DNA of 64,000 bases from Octopus sinensis. Lineage: Eukaryota. This document shows, piece by piece, positions 13,705 to 27,370 of this stretch (position 1 is the stretch's first letter; every line of letters begins with the position of its first letter). Below the pieces are notes generated by a model. It did not search any database, was not told the origin of the DNA, and saw only the letters and a program-made list of their open reading frames with translations. The DNA lies in contig NC_043000.1 in assembly GCF_006345805.1 (NCBI RefSeq), positions 20,398,001 through 20,462,000 of the forward strand, given 5' to 3'. The translations under genes and the position numbers were made by a program.

Positions 13705-15601
13705 TCATTATCATCTTCTTTCAATCCTGTTTCCATTTCTTGCCGAATGTCTTCCTGACGCTTAGAGCAGAGAAACGTACTGTATACATTGGTAGGTCAC
13801 TAAAAGAAACACACCAGATCGTTCATTTACAAAGTCATGTGATAGAGAAAAAGGGAAAGAAAGACAGAGAAAAAAAGGAAAAAATAAAAAAATAAAAATG
13901 GGCGTGGCTATGTGGTAAGAAGCTTACTTCCCAACCACATGGTTCTGGGTTCAGTCCCTCTGCATGGCACCTTAGCCATGTGTCTACTGAAGCAAATAAA
14001 ATATAAACGGTGTCATGCAGCAGAAACGAAAGCTTCCAGTGATTAGAAAATGCGAAAACATTTTCGATGTTTAAGACTGTTAAAAATAATTTACCAGTTT
14101 ACTACGGTTCCAGTGGAAGTAGATTCATGACTTGAGTTATTTTTAACAAATGGTTACTTATGTAGGAGTTGGAATTAAAGTAAAGATTATCTTGTTAGTT
14201 GACAGTTGTACGGCATGCACAAGTAATTTGCTATTAAAATACAAAAACAAAACCAAACCAAACAAACATCAAAGCAATTTTCTTGCTTTCAAACACATCA
14301 TTAATTCAACAGTGTGACCATGGCAACATACGACCTTTAAAGAATTATTATCGAAGAGAAATTTGTACAAGAATTTAAACCAAACTCGGTGATATTTAAA
14401 ACGAATCTGATATAAAATGAATCTGATACAAACGCAATTTCAAAACGGATTTCCTTTCTCGCTTCATTGTTTATGCAAGCAATGTCATGGAAGTCTCAGA
14501 GGAGATGATATTTTTTATCGTTATTTTTCTTCATTAATTTCAATCATTGGGCTGCGGTCATGCTAGGGCACACTGCCTTGAAGGGTTAAGCTGAACAAAT
14601 CGACCCCAATACTTATTTTTTTAAAGTCTAGCACTTATTCTATCGGTCACTTTAACTGAACCGCTATGTTACGGGGACATAAACAAATGAACATGGATTG
14701 GTAAGAGGTGGTGGAGGACAACCATATATACACACATTTACACATACATACATACATACATACATACATACATACATACATACATACATACATACATACA
14801 TACATACATACATGCATGCATACATACATACATATATTCAAGTCCCATCAGGGTCAATATTCAAAAGTATGTGTGTAAATATATATAGATATATAGAAGT
14901 AGGTTTATATATATATATATAGAAAACAGGATTTGAAAATGCAACGGCCTTTTAAAGATGTATATTGACTTGACCGGTGTCCCTTTTTTAAACAAAGATT
15001 TTCAAAAGTAAAATGCAAGACTTTGTGTAGCCTTTGTTGAGTTAAAAAGTGGTTATCATAGTTGTATTAAAATACAGTTATACAGTCTTTCATAATGATA
15101 AGAAAGTGTTAAAAAATAGAATCTTTGACAATGATAAAAAAAATGTAAAGAGAGGCTTTTTGTTTAAAGCAGTTTACATAAAAGTGTTCAAAATTGGTAG
15201 GAAAGGAAATTCATAATTATTTTAAGTTCATCAAAAATCATGATTGTATAAAGCATATATACAGAAAGAATCATATTTAAGTATTTATGCGGAATTTTAG
15301 GGAAACCCTTAGAGAAAGGATGACAGTTCACCACCAACAGTTGAGGGATCCCACCACAAGACAGACACCACTTAGATCTCTGTGCACAAAACAAGTCCCC
15401 CAATTCCTAATTTTCCAACTGTAACAATGCCCAGACAGCACCACAGACCAAACACGGATAAATAAGGAAAATATACTTATTCAAAAATACAGACCACAAC
15501 TCTTTCCTATATATTTTCACTCGTGCGGTATCTTGCAAGTTTACTTTGTAATATATATATACATATATATATGTACACACAACGGACCTCTTTCAACTTC
15601 C

Positions 15602-15722
15602 GGGGCGGAGAGCACTCAACTCTTATGTGGCCTTTCTAGCCATACTTGAAGCACCTAAGCTTCCTACCCTCCACCATTACCCTTAATTTCCTATCACCCA
15701 CCACTATGGTGTCCGTGATAGC

Positions 15723-15724
<2 letters not shown>
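15602..15724 (-). repeat. Isolated copy of the zinc-knuckle segment of the 10-11 kb ORF1
   Basis: Matches 10671-10795 with few differences; flanked by a duplicated ACACACAACGGACCTCTTTCAACTTCCG. Confidence 0.9.
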
Positions 15725-15753
<29 letters not shown>

Positions 15754-16175
15754 ATATACGCACACACACAACGGACCTCTTTCAACTTCCGTGTACTAAA
15801 TCTAGTCACAAGGTTTTGGTCGTCCCGTGGCTATAGAAGATACCTGGTTAAGTACTGGGCAGTGAGACTGAACCACATGGTTAGGAAGCTACTTAACTCA
15901 CAGTCACGTCTGCGCTTAGATAAGGTAGGTGCCAGCTAGTTTCGTACTTATGACCATAGACTCATTTATTCGCTTGTCTTATAAAAATAAACTGATTTTC
16001 TAATGTAAACCAAAGACACTTTTGTTAGCATGGGGATAGAGGTTTGTCAACCAAACCCAAAGCAATGTACAAAAAAGAAGAGTTTGAAAATTGGTTGATT
16101 ACTGATGACAAAGTTGAAGTAGAAGCTACGTTGACAGTGTCGGAAATATTGTTTAAGCTGACACTGATGGAAACT

Positions 16176-16210
<35 letters not shown>

Positions 16211-16529
16211 ATTACATGTAGAAGAAAGAATACCAGAAACTCTTCAGATGTGAGAATTTCTAAGAATACATCGTCGTGGCCTGCAGCAGTATCTGAAAAG
16301 CAACATGAGCCTGGGCAGTTTATTTATGAACTGCTAAACGGGAGCAGTATAAAAACAAATTGGATAAGTTTTTCAAATAAATATTGTATAGTGAGACAAG
16401 CGACAAGCTCAAATATATCAAATAAACAATAATTGCAAACCAATAATTTTCATAAGATTTTCTGATAATGATTTCCGCTTTAAGCACAAGTTCAATAATT
16501 TTGAGAGGAGTGTGTGTGTGTGTGTGTGT

Positions 16530-16580
<51 letters not shown>

Positions 16581-16927
16581 GTGTGTATGTATGTGTGTGT
16601 GTGCGTGTGTGTGTGGCGAGTTTAGTCGATACCATCGATTCCAGTACTTGACTGGTAATTAATCGAACCCGAAAGAACAAAAAGCAAAGTTAACCCCGAA
16701 AGAAAGTGAACCCGGTACTAGTACTGCAAACCGTTTTGTCAACGCCCTAACGATTTTGCTTGCCTATTATCTTTGGGATTTTCCTATTATGCAAATTTGG
16801 GTTATAACATGGAATACGAAGTACGTGGATATTCTCCGGGATACATGACGTATTCATCAACTGCAAAAATCCAGATAAATGCATTATATTGAACATATGT
16901 AATAATTTTGCAGTATTACATACGCGT

Positions 16928-17101
16928 AGGAGTGGCTGTGTGGTAAGTAGCTTGCTTACGAATCACATGGTTTCGGGTTCAGTCCCACTGCATGGCACCT
17001 AGAGCAAGTGTCTTCTACTACAGCCTCGGGCCGACCAAAGCCTTGTGAGTGGATTTGGTAGACGGAAACTGAAAGAAGCCCGTCGTATATATATATATAT
17101 A

Positions 17102-17153
<52 letters not shown>

Positions 17154-17395
17154 TGTATGTATGTATGTGTGTTGTGTATGTGTGTGTATACGTTTGTGTG
17201 TCTGTGTTTGTGTCCCCAACATCGCTTGACAACTGATGTTGGTGTGCTTACGTCCCCGTAACTTAGCGGTTCGGCAAAAGTTACCGATAGAATAAGTACT
17301 AGGCTTCCAAAGAATAAGTCCTGGGGTCGGTTTGCTTGACTAAAGGCGGTGCTCCAGCATGGCCACCATCAAATGACTGAAACAAGTAAAAGAGA
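16928..17395 (+). mobile_element. Full-length family B (CORE-type) SINE
   Basis: AGGAGTGGCTGTGTGGTAAG head, GTGGCACCTAGAGCAAGTGTC CORE-like segment, internal TA/TG tract, GAAACAAGTAAAAGAG tail. Confidence 0.9.
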
Positions 17396-18336
17396 GTTAT
17401 ATTAACACATTGTTGAAAGGTGGCAAGCTTATAGAATCGTGTTTTGAAGAAAATGCTTCGCGGGATTTGATCTGTATCTTCTTCACGTTCAGAGTTCAGT
17501 TCACCAAAGTCAATCTTCCTGAGATTGATAAAATAAAGAACCCGTCAAGTACTGGACTCGGTTTCATTGGCTAACCCTCTTCCCTTAAAACTGCTAACCT
17601 TAGGCCTAAACAAGAAACCATTTCAACATTATTGTTTGCACTTTTTAATTCAAATATCAACTACGCGCTTTTTCGTTTTTATTTTTAAGAAAGAAAATAA
17701 TGGAAATAGTCAACCGGTTTGTTTTAAACATCAGAGATTCAAAATCTGCAAGAAAAATTTTAAAAAGATTCTTTATAAAACTAAAAACTGATTAGCGTTA
17801 CATAATTTACTGCTATTTCTATTTTAGTTTTTTATGTTATGTTTATGTATCTTAAAAAGTACTTTGTTTTGCGGATAAAAATACTTCGTTTGCATTGAAA
17901 ATGTATAAATACATCTTGTTTGCATTTATAATTACATTTTCATCCTTAATAAATTGAAGCAACAGCAGTTTAAGCTATTATTATGGAATACACATTATTG
18001 CCATTACTTTGAAAACTAATACAGCTATTTGAAATATATGCGCTTCATTATCCATGTAATTAATATATAAATACTTTTATAAAGCATTACATTCAGATTC
18101 CTTCTTATTGATTTTCTAAAAGTACTTTTGGCATTGATTTTTGAAAAAGTAATAGAAAAGTGTGGAGTTTGAATCTTTAATGTTGAAACTATAAGAATCT
18201 GAAAAGCATTTAAAAAGAAGGTGGAATAATAGAAAACGTAAAGGCGGAGTTATAAAAATCTACGTTTAAATGAAGACGTACCTCTAGTTTTTTAAAGGCT
18301 TTGGTGTTTGACAGAAGATATATAATGGCCTCAAAA

Positions 18337-18567
18337 GGCGGCGAGCTGGCAGAAACGTTAGCACGCCGGGCGAAATGCCTAGCGGTATTTCGTCTGCCGT
18401 TACGTTCTGAGTTCAAATTCCGCCGAGGTCGACTTTGCCTTTCATCCTTTCGGGGTCGATTAAATAAGTACCAGTCACGCACTGGGGTCGATATAATCGA
18501 CTTAATCCCCTTGTCTGTCCTTGTTTGTCTCCTCTATGTTTAGCCCCTTGTGGGCAATACAGAAATA
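18337..18567 (+). mobile_element. Family A SINE (Deu/Nin-like domain, tail type 1) with 16-bp TSD
   Basis: GGCGGCGAGCTGGCAGAAACG head, GCCTTTCATCCTTTCGGGGTCGA domain, CCCCTTGTGGGCAATACAGAAAT tail; TSD AGATATATAATGGCCT at 18316 and 18567. Confidence 0.9.
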
Positions 18568-18582
18568 GATATATAATGGCCT

Positions 18583-18770
18583 AAAATTTCGGTGGGAGAG
18601 GGTAAGTCGATTACATCGATCCCGGACATCAACTGGTACTTATCTAATCGACCCTGAAAGGATGAACAGCAAAGTCGACCTCGGCGGAATTTGAACTCAA
18701 CGTAAAGGAGAACGAAATGCGTTAAGCATTTTGCCCGGTGAGCTAACGGGTCTGTCAGCTCGCCGCTTTG
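18583..18770 (-). mobile_element. Older family A SINE (tail type 2), inverted relative to its neighbour
   Basis: Reverse complement of the A head, core and CCCTCTCCC..AAATTTT tail. Confidence 0.75.
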
Positions 18771-19344
18771 TAGAACGATATATAACAATTTTTTTTTAAA
18801 TAGCCTTATTAAATACATGCGTACATGTATGCATGTATAGGCACACACACCACACACACACACACACACACACTGACCCACACACATGCGCACAAATAAA
18901 CAAAAGGGAACGCAGTGTAAATAACGGACAGTCAAGACTATTGAAAAGGTTGCAAGACGCAACGAAAATTTCAGAAAATAAAAATAAGAAATAAGTGGAA
19001 ATTTTCCCGGTGAGTGTGTTAAATAATAAGGCACTAAAAGAGAATGACTCTCCCCAGACACAACAGAATATGCTTCAACACACGAACTCATATAAAGAAT
19101 CTTGCAAACCAAATCCCAAAAACGAAATACTTTATTAAATTGTTTTTTTTTTTAAATAAAGTTTACTTCAGTAAAGACGAAAATAAATAAAACAAAAGCC
19201 AATATGATTGTAAGGCTACTTGAAATGTAACATAAAAACGTTTCTAAATACGTTTGACTCAATTCAACGAACTAGACTTCCGTAAGAAGCTTCATGAGGC
19301 CCAATCAAACTGCTTTAAACAACAACCACAATAATAATAATAGC

Positions 19345-19562
19345 TCGGCTGTGTGGTAAGTAGCTTGCTTACGAACCAGATGGTTGCGGGTTCAGTCCCA
19401 CTGCGTGGCACCTTGTGCAAGTGTCTTCTACTATAGCCTCAGGCTGACCAAAGCCTTGTGAGTGGATTTTGATAGACGGAAACTGAAACAAGCAGGTCGT
19501 ATATATGTATATGTATGTATGTATGTATATATATATATATAAATTATTTATATATATATATA

Positions 19563-19593
<31 letters not shown>

Positions 19594-19820
19594 ATGTGCG
19601 TGTATATGTTTATGTGTCTGTGTTTGTCCCCCTAACATCGCTTGACAACTGATGCTGGTGTGTTTACGTCCCCGTAACTTAGCGGTTCGGCAAAAGTTAC
19701 CGATAGAATAAGTACTAGGCTTCCAAAGAATAAATTCCGGGGTCGATTTGCTCGACTAAAGGCGGTGCTCCAGCATGGCCACAGTCAAATGACTGAAACA
19801 AGTAAAAGAGCAAAAGAGTA
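19345..19820 (+). mobile_element. Full-length family B SINE
   Basis: Same modules as 16928. Confidence 0.9.
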
Positions 19821-20025
19821 ATCGAAATCGAAAAGATGAGGTATCTCATGACGGTTACAATACCAGTGGTTGTAAAAGCACATGGAATGATCAAAAAAAG
19901 AAATTGAAAATTATTTAAGGCTGATCCCTGGCTTACCATCGATGCAGGAAGTGCAAAAGATTGTCTTAACTGGAACGTCACACTGACGGAGAAGAACATT
20001 ATGTCTGTGAATTTCCTTTCTCTTT

Positions 20026-21311
20026 TAGATAGAAGGATCCATTGGAGGGGTCCTATTATCGATTTTTTTTTTCAACAATCTAAGTATGTCACGAGATTTC
20101 CAGACACGAGATCTACTCACGTGTCAAATACTGGAGCACCGCCTTTAGTCGAGCAAATCGACCCCAGGACTTATTCTTTGTAATCCTAGTACTTATTCAT
20201 TAAGTAGAGATGACCCAGAAGTTGTTCCTCTTCGATTACTATCGCAAACACCAGTAGCTTTCTTCAACCAAATACACGTCGTTAATTGGTTGAAATTGCC
20301 CAAATACGACAACTTTAACACGAAATAACTTCTAAAATACCAAATTTTGTCAAAAACGTTCGGAGTAAACCGTGTTCTACGTGGGAAATTCTACCAGTGT
20401 GATTGAGATGGAACAGATCCGAATTGAGATGGAATAGATACGAATTTTAATCAGTAGGACACGGACATACACGCACACACACGCGCGCGCGCATGCACAT
20501 GAACGCACATATACCTCCCATACACACAACATACACTCATACATATACGCACAAATTACACACACGCACGCACATAGGAACGCACATATAACTCCACACA
20601 CACAACCCCACGCACACACACACAACCCCACGCACACACACACATGCACACACCACACACAAAACACACACACAATATATGTACATACACGCACACATAC
20701 ATCAAACTGCCAGTCAAACACCTTTCTACTGACCATTCCTCTACGCACATGTGAAGCGACACACAACTGCACAAAGGGTCACCACTCCTGTTACCATGCT
20801 GTTGAATTCTTCCTACATTAACACAAAGTTCACTCACACATACACACATAAACAGCCAACACCACACAAATACCACACACGCACAACACATATACACACA
20901 TACATACTTACACACACACACGCACTCACATACACACATATGCTATTACACGCACACACATGCTATTACACACACACACAACAGACTTGCGCGCATGCAC
21001 ATACCCACACACACACACAGAGATACCTCATTCTTTTATACTCTTCTGTCATAGAAAGAACTTTTTCTTCACCCAATCCCTTCCGGTCATTTCAAAATGT
21101 AACCACATGTGGATCGTTGGCGATTTTTTCCTTCCATCTTCCTTTTCTCTTGAATATTGATTTTTTGTGTGTCCAATATCCAAATTTTGCAGACATCACT
21201 TTTATATTTTATTTGACACGTGAGTAGAACTCCTGTCTGGAAACCTCGTGACATACTTAGATTGTTGGAAAAAATCGATAATAGGGCCCCTCCAATGGAT
21301 CCTTCTATCTA
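20026..21311. mobile_element. Unclassified element bounded by ~103-bp inverted repeats
   Basis: 20026-20130 is the reverse complement of 21210-21311; interior has a SINE piece, a MITE-arm piece and a CA-rich tract. Confidence 0.65.
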
Positions 21312-22298
21312 CTACATATTACAAATATTTCATTTAAACAACCCAAGGGAAATAAACCATACCACCTGCAGTTTTTAGCGAAGCGATCAATATCTGATTC
21401 ACACGATCAGCCAACCTAATTCTGCATCTCACTACTCAGTTTTGAACTGCTAAACATTATTATTGCACTTACTTGATTTGAATCTTAAACCTTAAAGACT
21501 TCATTCATACATTTCTATACATACATACTTTTTTCAATGCCAATTGCTCCGATAATTCTGCATTTTTACAGTTACACTTTTTCCATGGCAGTAGATAAAT
21601 TTTTATTCCACAACGTATTTGTAGTGGTTTCATGCAGGCATAACGTGGATTTGATCCTCGATTGCCAGATTTCACTTAACACTTCAACAACACTTTTCTC
21701 CTGTGAATGGCAGCAGTTATACATTTCCCAGATGCCTTCGCTAAGCAGAATAATATCTTTGCCACTTGACCCTTCTAGCCTCTTCTAGGCCACCAGGGGC
21801 TGGGACAGAGATAACTGACCTCCAACGAAATCATTTGTTCTCAACAATATGTCTATCCTTCTGGCTGCTTTTCCATAGTTATAAAAACGAGAACTTCGTA
21901 AGCTAAAGGCAGTTATTTAGAGCTACCGTCAGTGAGTGTGAACGTTATTATTGCACTTTCTTCATTTCATTCTTAAACATTAAACACTTCATTCATATAT
22001 TTATATACATATATACTTCATTTATATATTACTTTTAATAAATTAGCGTCATGAAGTTCACCTTTAAAATGCCCCGACGAGTCACAGTACTTTCTCGCCA
22101 AAACCTTTCTTCGAAAACCTTTCTCGCCGACGTCCGACAATCTCTCCTTCCTCCAGCTGACATTTTTTTGTACTTTTACGCGACGGAAAACATGCACCTT
22201 TTGTGGCAGTTCTAACGTAATTGCTTTCCTACATCAAAGTAATAAGGCGTTTCAATAGAACATCTTTTGCCCCAGGAATTACCGGGTACACCAGCTAG
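21309..22298 (+). mobile_element. Probable Helitron fragment
   Basis: Ends CCCAGGAATTACCGGG hairpin plus CCAGCTAG|T; internal ~80-bp direct repeat (21450 vs 21940); shares a segment with 41105-41165 (minus). Confidence 0.45.
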
Positions 22299-22318
22299 TA
22301 TATCTATCTATCTATCTA

Positions 22319-22349
<31 letters not shown>

Positions 22350-22670
22350 TTATCTATATATATATTATATATATATATATATATATAATTGTATGTAAGT
22401 ATATGTATATACTTATATATATCTATATATATATATATATATATATATATAGATATTGTATGTAAGTATATGTATATACTTATATATTATATATATATAT
22501 AATACATATATATATTGTATGTAAGTATATGTATATACTTATATATATATATATATATTATATATATATATAATTGTATGTAAGTATATGTATATACTTA
22601 CTTATATATATATATATATTATATATATATATATATATAATACATATACTTACATACAATTATATATATG

Positions 22671-22703
<33 letters not shown>

Positions 22704-22732
22704 AATTGTATGTAAGTATATGTATATACTTA

Positions 22733-22776
<44 letters not shown>

Positions 22777-23059
22777 CATTGTACGTACAGCCGAATCCAC
22801 TTAATTGCAAAGCGAATAATTCTATAATTCGGCTTAATTTCATAAATTAAAACGTCAGTTTCTTTTAATAAATTGTCTGCGCTATTTTTACAATGCCAGT
22901 GTTATGTAAAATGGGTGAAATACGACATGAAATTGAACGAAAGATTCTACATTTGCTTCATATCAAGTCAAATCAGATTTTATATACGAAGTAAAACAAT
23001 TAATGTCAAAATGGTGAAATGTACTCAATTTTTCCCTAACATTTCAATGAATTAAAGAT

Positions 23060-23184
23060 CATCATCATCGTCGTCGTCGAGGTAGTGGTTGTCGTCGTCG
23101 TTTTCATCATCATAATCGTCGTTAACATCATCATCATCATTATCACTATCCTCGACATCCTCATTATCCTCATCCTCATAGTCG

Positions 23185-23224
<40 letters not shown>

Positions 23225-24640
23225 TTGTCGACTCGAATTTGCATTTGCGTCACTCAAGATGATCGACAAGTCGTATTTTCCTTTCCATCAATAGTCGTAA
23301 CACCTCTGTCCTTCAACGTGGTTTTTGAAGGATGCTGACTGTTCATCCTTCCATAGGTCAGGTTTCCGAAAGATAACCTCGCTGGTAGGCAACTCTGGAT
23401 ATCTCAGACCCTAACCGGCAAGCTACAACTCTATACCTATTCTACTGGAGATGTCACCATAGACATGTTCCTTGGTTTCCTTCTGCAGTCTATTTGACTT
23501 TGAAAGCCATTCGGAGACCGAAGGTTAGGGCCATGGACGGATCTTTTCCTTTTGAACAGCAGTTTTAAACACAATTTCTAGTTAACTAAACACTTTTAAA
23601 CTTCGTATACTGGTAGAATGTGTCAAAATAAGACGTTTTTTTCTCTTGGCTTTCTTGAGAAAATTGTAATTTGTAAGTTTAACGTAGTTTAATTTTTCGA
23701 ATTTTAACCAATCAATAGCCTCTATTGAGCTAAAATCATTTGCTGCGTCTCAAACTGAGACAACATCCTGTCTCTGTTATGTTTACGTACGGAAAGCGTG
23801 TGTATAAAATTATAGAATTATTTTGTTTGTTAATTGTTTAAATTATTTTCCATTGCTTTCGTTTTAGCCTTTCGTTTTTTTTTTCTTAAGCAATGGAAAA
23901 TAGTTTAAACAATACAGGTGCATCTCAAAACGAAAACTCAAAACAGAAACAAAACGAATAATTTTAGACACACGCGTAACAATTAAATTAACAATTAAGA
24001 AAAAAACGAAAGGCTAAAATTTAGGGTTAGGGTTAGTGTTAGGGTCAGGGTTAGGGTTAGTGTTAGGGTTAGGGTTAGTGACAGGATGTTGTCTCAGTTT
24101 TAGACGCAGCAAATGATTTTAGCTCAATAGAGGCCATTGATTGGTTAAAATTCGAAAAATTAAACTACGTTAAACTTACAAATTACAATTTTCTCAAGAA
24201 AGCCAAGAGAAAAAAACGTTTTATTTTGACACATTCTACCAGTATACAAAGTTTTAAAGTGTTTAGTTAACTAGGAATTGTGTTCACATGTGCCGTTCAA
24301 AAGGAAAAGATTCCCATGGACTTAATGACACTCCAAGTTTTCTACTCGTAAAGAAGAATTGTTTCAATCGCCACTGTGAGATTTTCTTCTTGAAGGTCTG
24401 ATAACGTTAAAAGTTCAGATATTCTTCATATCTTTGAGCACTTTCCAGGCAAGACATTAGCGTACCTTGATGTCTTTCTCCGAGTCAGCTGTAAATTATC
24501 TGAAGTAGCGAAAGTCAGAAACTCGCAGGAGCAGTCCCTTCAGCGTAATCAATTACAATGTAGACTATGTTTTCCCGTTTTCTTCGTACAACCCAACTCC
24601 TTTACATAGGGTTCCTGCTATCTACGGAAGACCTTGAATA
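23060..24640 (-). pseudogene. RTE-clade LINE 3' fragment with (GAT)n tail, interrupted by a TIR element
   Basis: Decayed DF.YLGS..EKDIKVR..LAWK and LAG...PEL...V...P..G motifs; tail repeat at 23060-23225. Confidence 0.8.
23539..24313. mobile_element. GGATC-terminated foldback element, ~230-bp arms, TTAGGG-like tract, 8-bp TSD
   Basis: TSD CCATGGAC at 23531 and 24314; arms 23539-23770 and 24080-24313; (TTAGGG)-like run 24021-24078. Confidence 0.9.
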
Positions 24641-26099
24641 TCTATGATATCGTCCGATAGAAGGCGGCGAGTTGGCAGAAACGTTAGCACGCCGAGTGAA
24701 ATACTCAGCACTATTTCGTCTGCCGCTACGTTCTGAGTTCAAATTCCGCCGAGGTCGACTTTGCCTTTCCTCCTTTCGGGGTCGATTAAATAAGTACCAG
24801 TTACGCACTGGGGTCGATATAATCGACTTAATCCATTGTCTGTCCTTGTTTGTCCCTTCTGTGTTTAGCCCCTTGTGGGTAGTAAAGAAATAGATATCGT
24901 CCGATAGCAAAAATATGTCTTCGACAAAGCACACTTAATGTCATAGTAAAAAGACTATCGATATTTATATTTCTGCAATTTACTTTTAATTGTACAGTAT
25001 AAATCCTTTGATTTTAGCTCAAAAGAGAGCATAGGATTGGTTAAAATTCGAAAAATTAAACTACGTTAAACTTACAAATTACAATTTTCTCAAGAAAGCC
25101 AAGAGAAAAAATGTTTTATTTTGACACATTCTACCAGTATACGAAGTTTAAAAGTGTTTAGTTAACTAGAAATTGTGTTTAAAACTGCCGTTCAAAAGGA
25201 AAAGATTCCCATGGACTTAATGACACTCCAAGTTTTCTACTCGTAAAGAAGAATTGTTTCAATCGCCACTGTGAGATTTTCTTCTTGAAGGTCTGATAAC
25301 GTTAAAAGTTCAGATATTCTTCATATCTTTGAGCACTTTCCAGGCAAGACATTAGCGTACCTTGATGTCTTTCTCCGAGTCAGCTGTAATTATCTGAAGT
25401 AGCGAAAGTCAGAAACTCGCAGGAGCAGTCCCTTCAGCGTAATCAATTACAATGTAGACTATGTTTTCCCGTTTTCTTCGTACAACCCAACTCCTTTACA
25501 TAGGGTTCCTGCTATCTACGGAAGACCTTGAATAGCTATGATATCGTCCGATAGAAGGCGGCGAGTTGGCAGAAACGTTAGCACGCCGAGTGAAATACTC
25601 AGCACTATTTCGTCTGCGCTACGTTCTGAGTTCAAATTCCGCCGAGGTCGACTTTGCCTTTCCTCCTTTCGGGGTCGATTAAATAAGTACCAGTTACGCA
25701 CTGGGGTCGATATAATCGACTTAATCCATTTGTCTGTCCTTGTTTGTCCCTTCTGTGTTTAGCCCCTTGTGGGTAGTAAAGAAATAGATATCGTCCGATA
25801 GCAAAAATATGTCTTCGACAAAGCACACTTAATGTCATAGTAAAAAGACTATCGATATTTATATTTCTGCAATTTACTTTTAATTGTACAGTATAAATCC
25901 TTTGATTTTAGCTCAAAAGAGAGCATAGGATTGGTTAAAATTCGAAAAATTAAACTACGTTAAACTTACAAATTACAATTTTCTCAAGAAAGCCAAGAGA
26001 AAAAAATGTTTTATTTTGACACATTCTACCAGTATACGAAGTTTAAAAGTGTTTAGTTAACTAGAAATTGTGTTTAAAACTGCCGTTCAAAAGGAAAAG
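24291..26099. repeat. 895-bp tandem duplication (two units)
   Basis: Identical landmarks at 24313/25208/26103; each unit has an RTE piece, a family A SINE with 15-bp TSD and a MITE arm. Confidence 0.92.
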
Positions 26100-26632
26100 G
26101 TCCAATATTCTAAAAAGTTCTGGGTAGGCGGCGAATTGGTGTTATTTTGTTGCCTATATCATCGACTTCTTTGCTCCCTGGTTGATATAATTACAGTATT
26201 TTTATTAGTCGGCATGAACCTAATTGATTTTATTGATTGCATGTGAAAGTCACAACCGGAGAGTATAAATTTCAGTAAACTAAGGTAATTGAAGTCTGTC
26301 AAAGGGAAATGAAAAAAAAGTTTTAAAAACTTTCATGTGATACCGAAAAGTAAATTTTGATATCAATTTGAAACGGAAATTAAATTTTGCCAAATTCGAC
26401 ATTCTCCTATCGGGGATAAATCAAATAATAGTCATGGAGATACATAACAGTACAAAAATAGCCTAGACAGGGTGAATGTAAATAAATTTTGTATATACGA
26501 AACGTTCTGCATGTAAAATAACGTTTTGTTCTTGTTTTATTATATAATCCATAGATGTGAAATATAATCACAATACATCCTCACTGTTGTCGATATATTG
26601 AAATCTCGTAATTTATAGCATACTGTGCGAAT

Positions 26633-27014
26633 GGAGGCGCAATGGCCCAGTGGTTAGGGCAGCGGACTCGCGGTCATAGGATCACGGTTTCGATTCCCAG
26701 ACCGGGCGTTGTAAGTGTTTATTGAGCGAAAACACCTAAAAGCTCCACGAGGCTCTGGTAGGGGATGGTGGTGATCCCTGCTGTACTCTTTCACCATAAC
26801 TTTCTCTCACTCTTACTTCCTGTTTCTGTTGTACCTGTATTTCAAAGGGCCGGCCTTGTCACTCTCTGTGTCACGCTGAATATCCCCGAGAACTACGTTA
26901 AGGGTGCACGTGTCTGTGGAGTGCTCAGCCACTTACACGTTAATTTCACGAGCAGGCTGTTCCGTTGATTCGGATCAACCGGAACCCTCATCGTCGTAAC
27001 CGACGGAGTGCTTC
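26633..27014 (+). mobile_element. tRNA-headed SINE (family C: head 1, body X, tail R) with 14-bp TSD
   Basis: GGAGGCGCAATGGCCCAGTGG, GGTTTCGATTCC; TSD CATACTGTGCGAAT at 26619 and 27015. Confidence 0.9.
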
Positions 27015-27370
27015 CATACTGTGCGAATTCAGTAAATTTCAAACTGCGGTTTATTCCATGAAAATTTCAATAAGAGAAATTATTGAATTAAGCAGTTTCG
27101 TCTGTACAACCATCCCAGTCTGATGTCTCTCGCCGTCGCTAACCACAGTTTCTTGCTATGTACTATTCCCCCAAGCAATAAAAAGGTGATTGAAAGAACT
27201 TACTTAAGGAAGCCAAAAAAACAGACGATAAAAAAGACAAAATTATTCCACTTTATATTGGTCTTCTTTGATCACGTGACAAACTTAGCAATGTATAGCA
27301 ACATTTTAGTTTTATAGTGAATAGATCTCATAAAACATAAGCTCCAGGACTTTCGATTTGAAGTGAAGCC

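Noticed and set aside
16044-16432. Two short ORFs in unique sequence
   Set aside because: No recognisable domain, an internal (AG)n tract and no convincing donor
23036-23294. Poly-Met/poly-Ile ORFs
   Set aside because: (GAT)n tail of the RTE fragment
24021-24078. Chromosome end or fusion scar
   Set aside because: Short, degenerate tract lying inside a TSD-flanked element
26633-26710. tRNA gene candidates (also other SINE heads)
   Set aside because: Box A/B present but no complete cloverleaf, and each continues into a SINE body with TSDs
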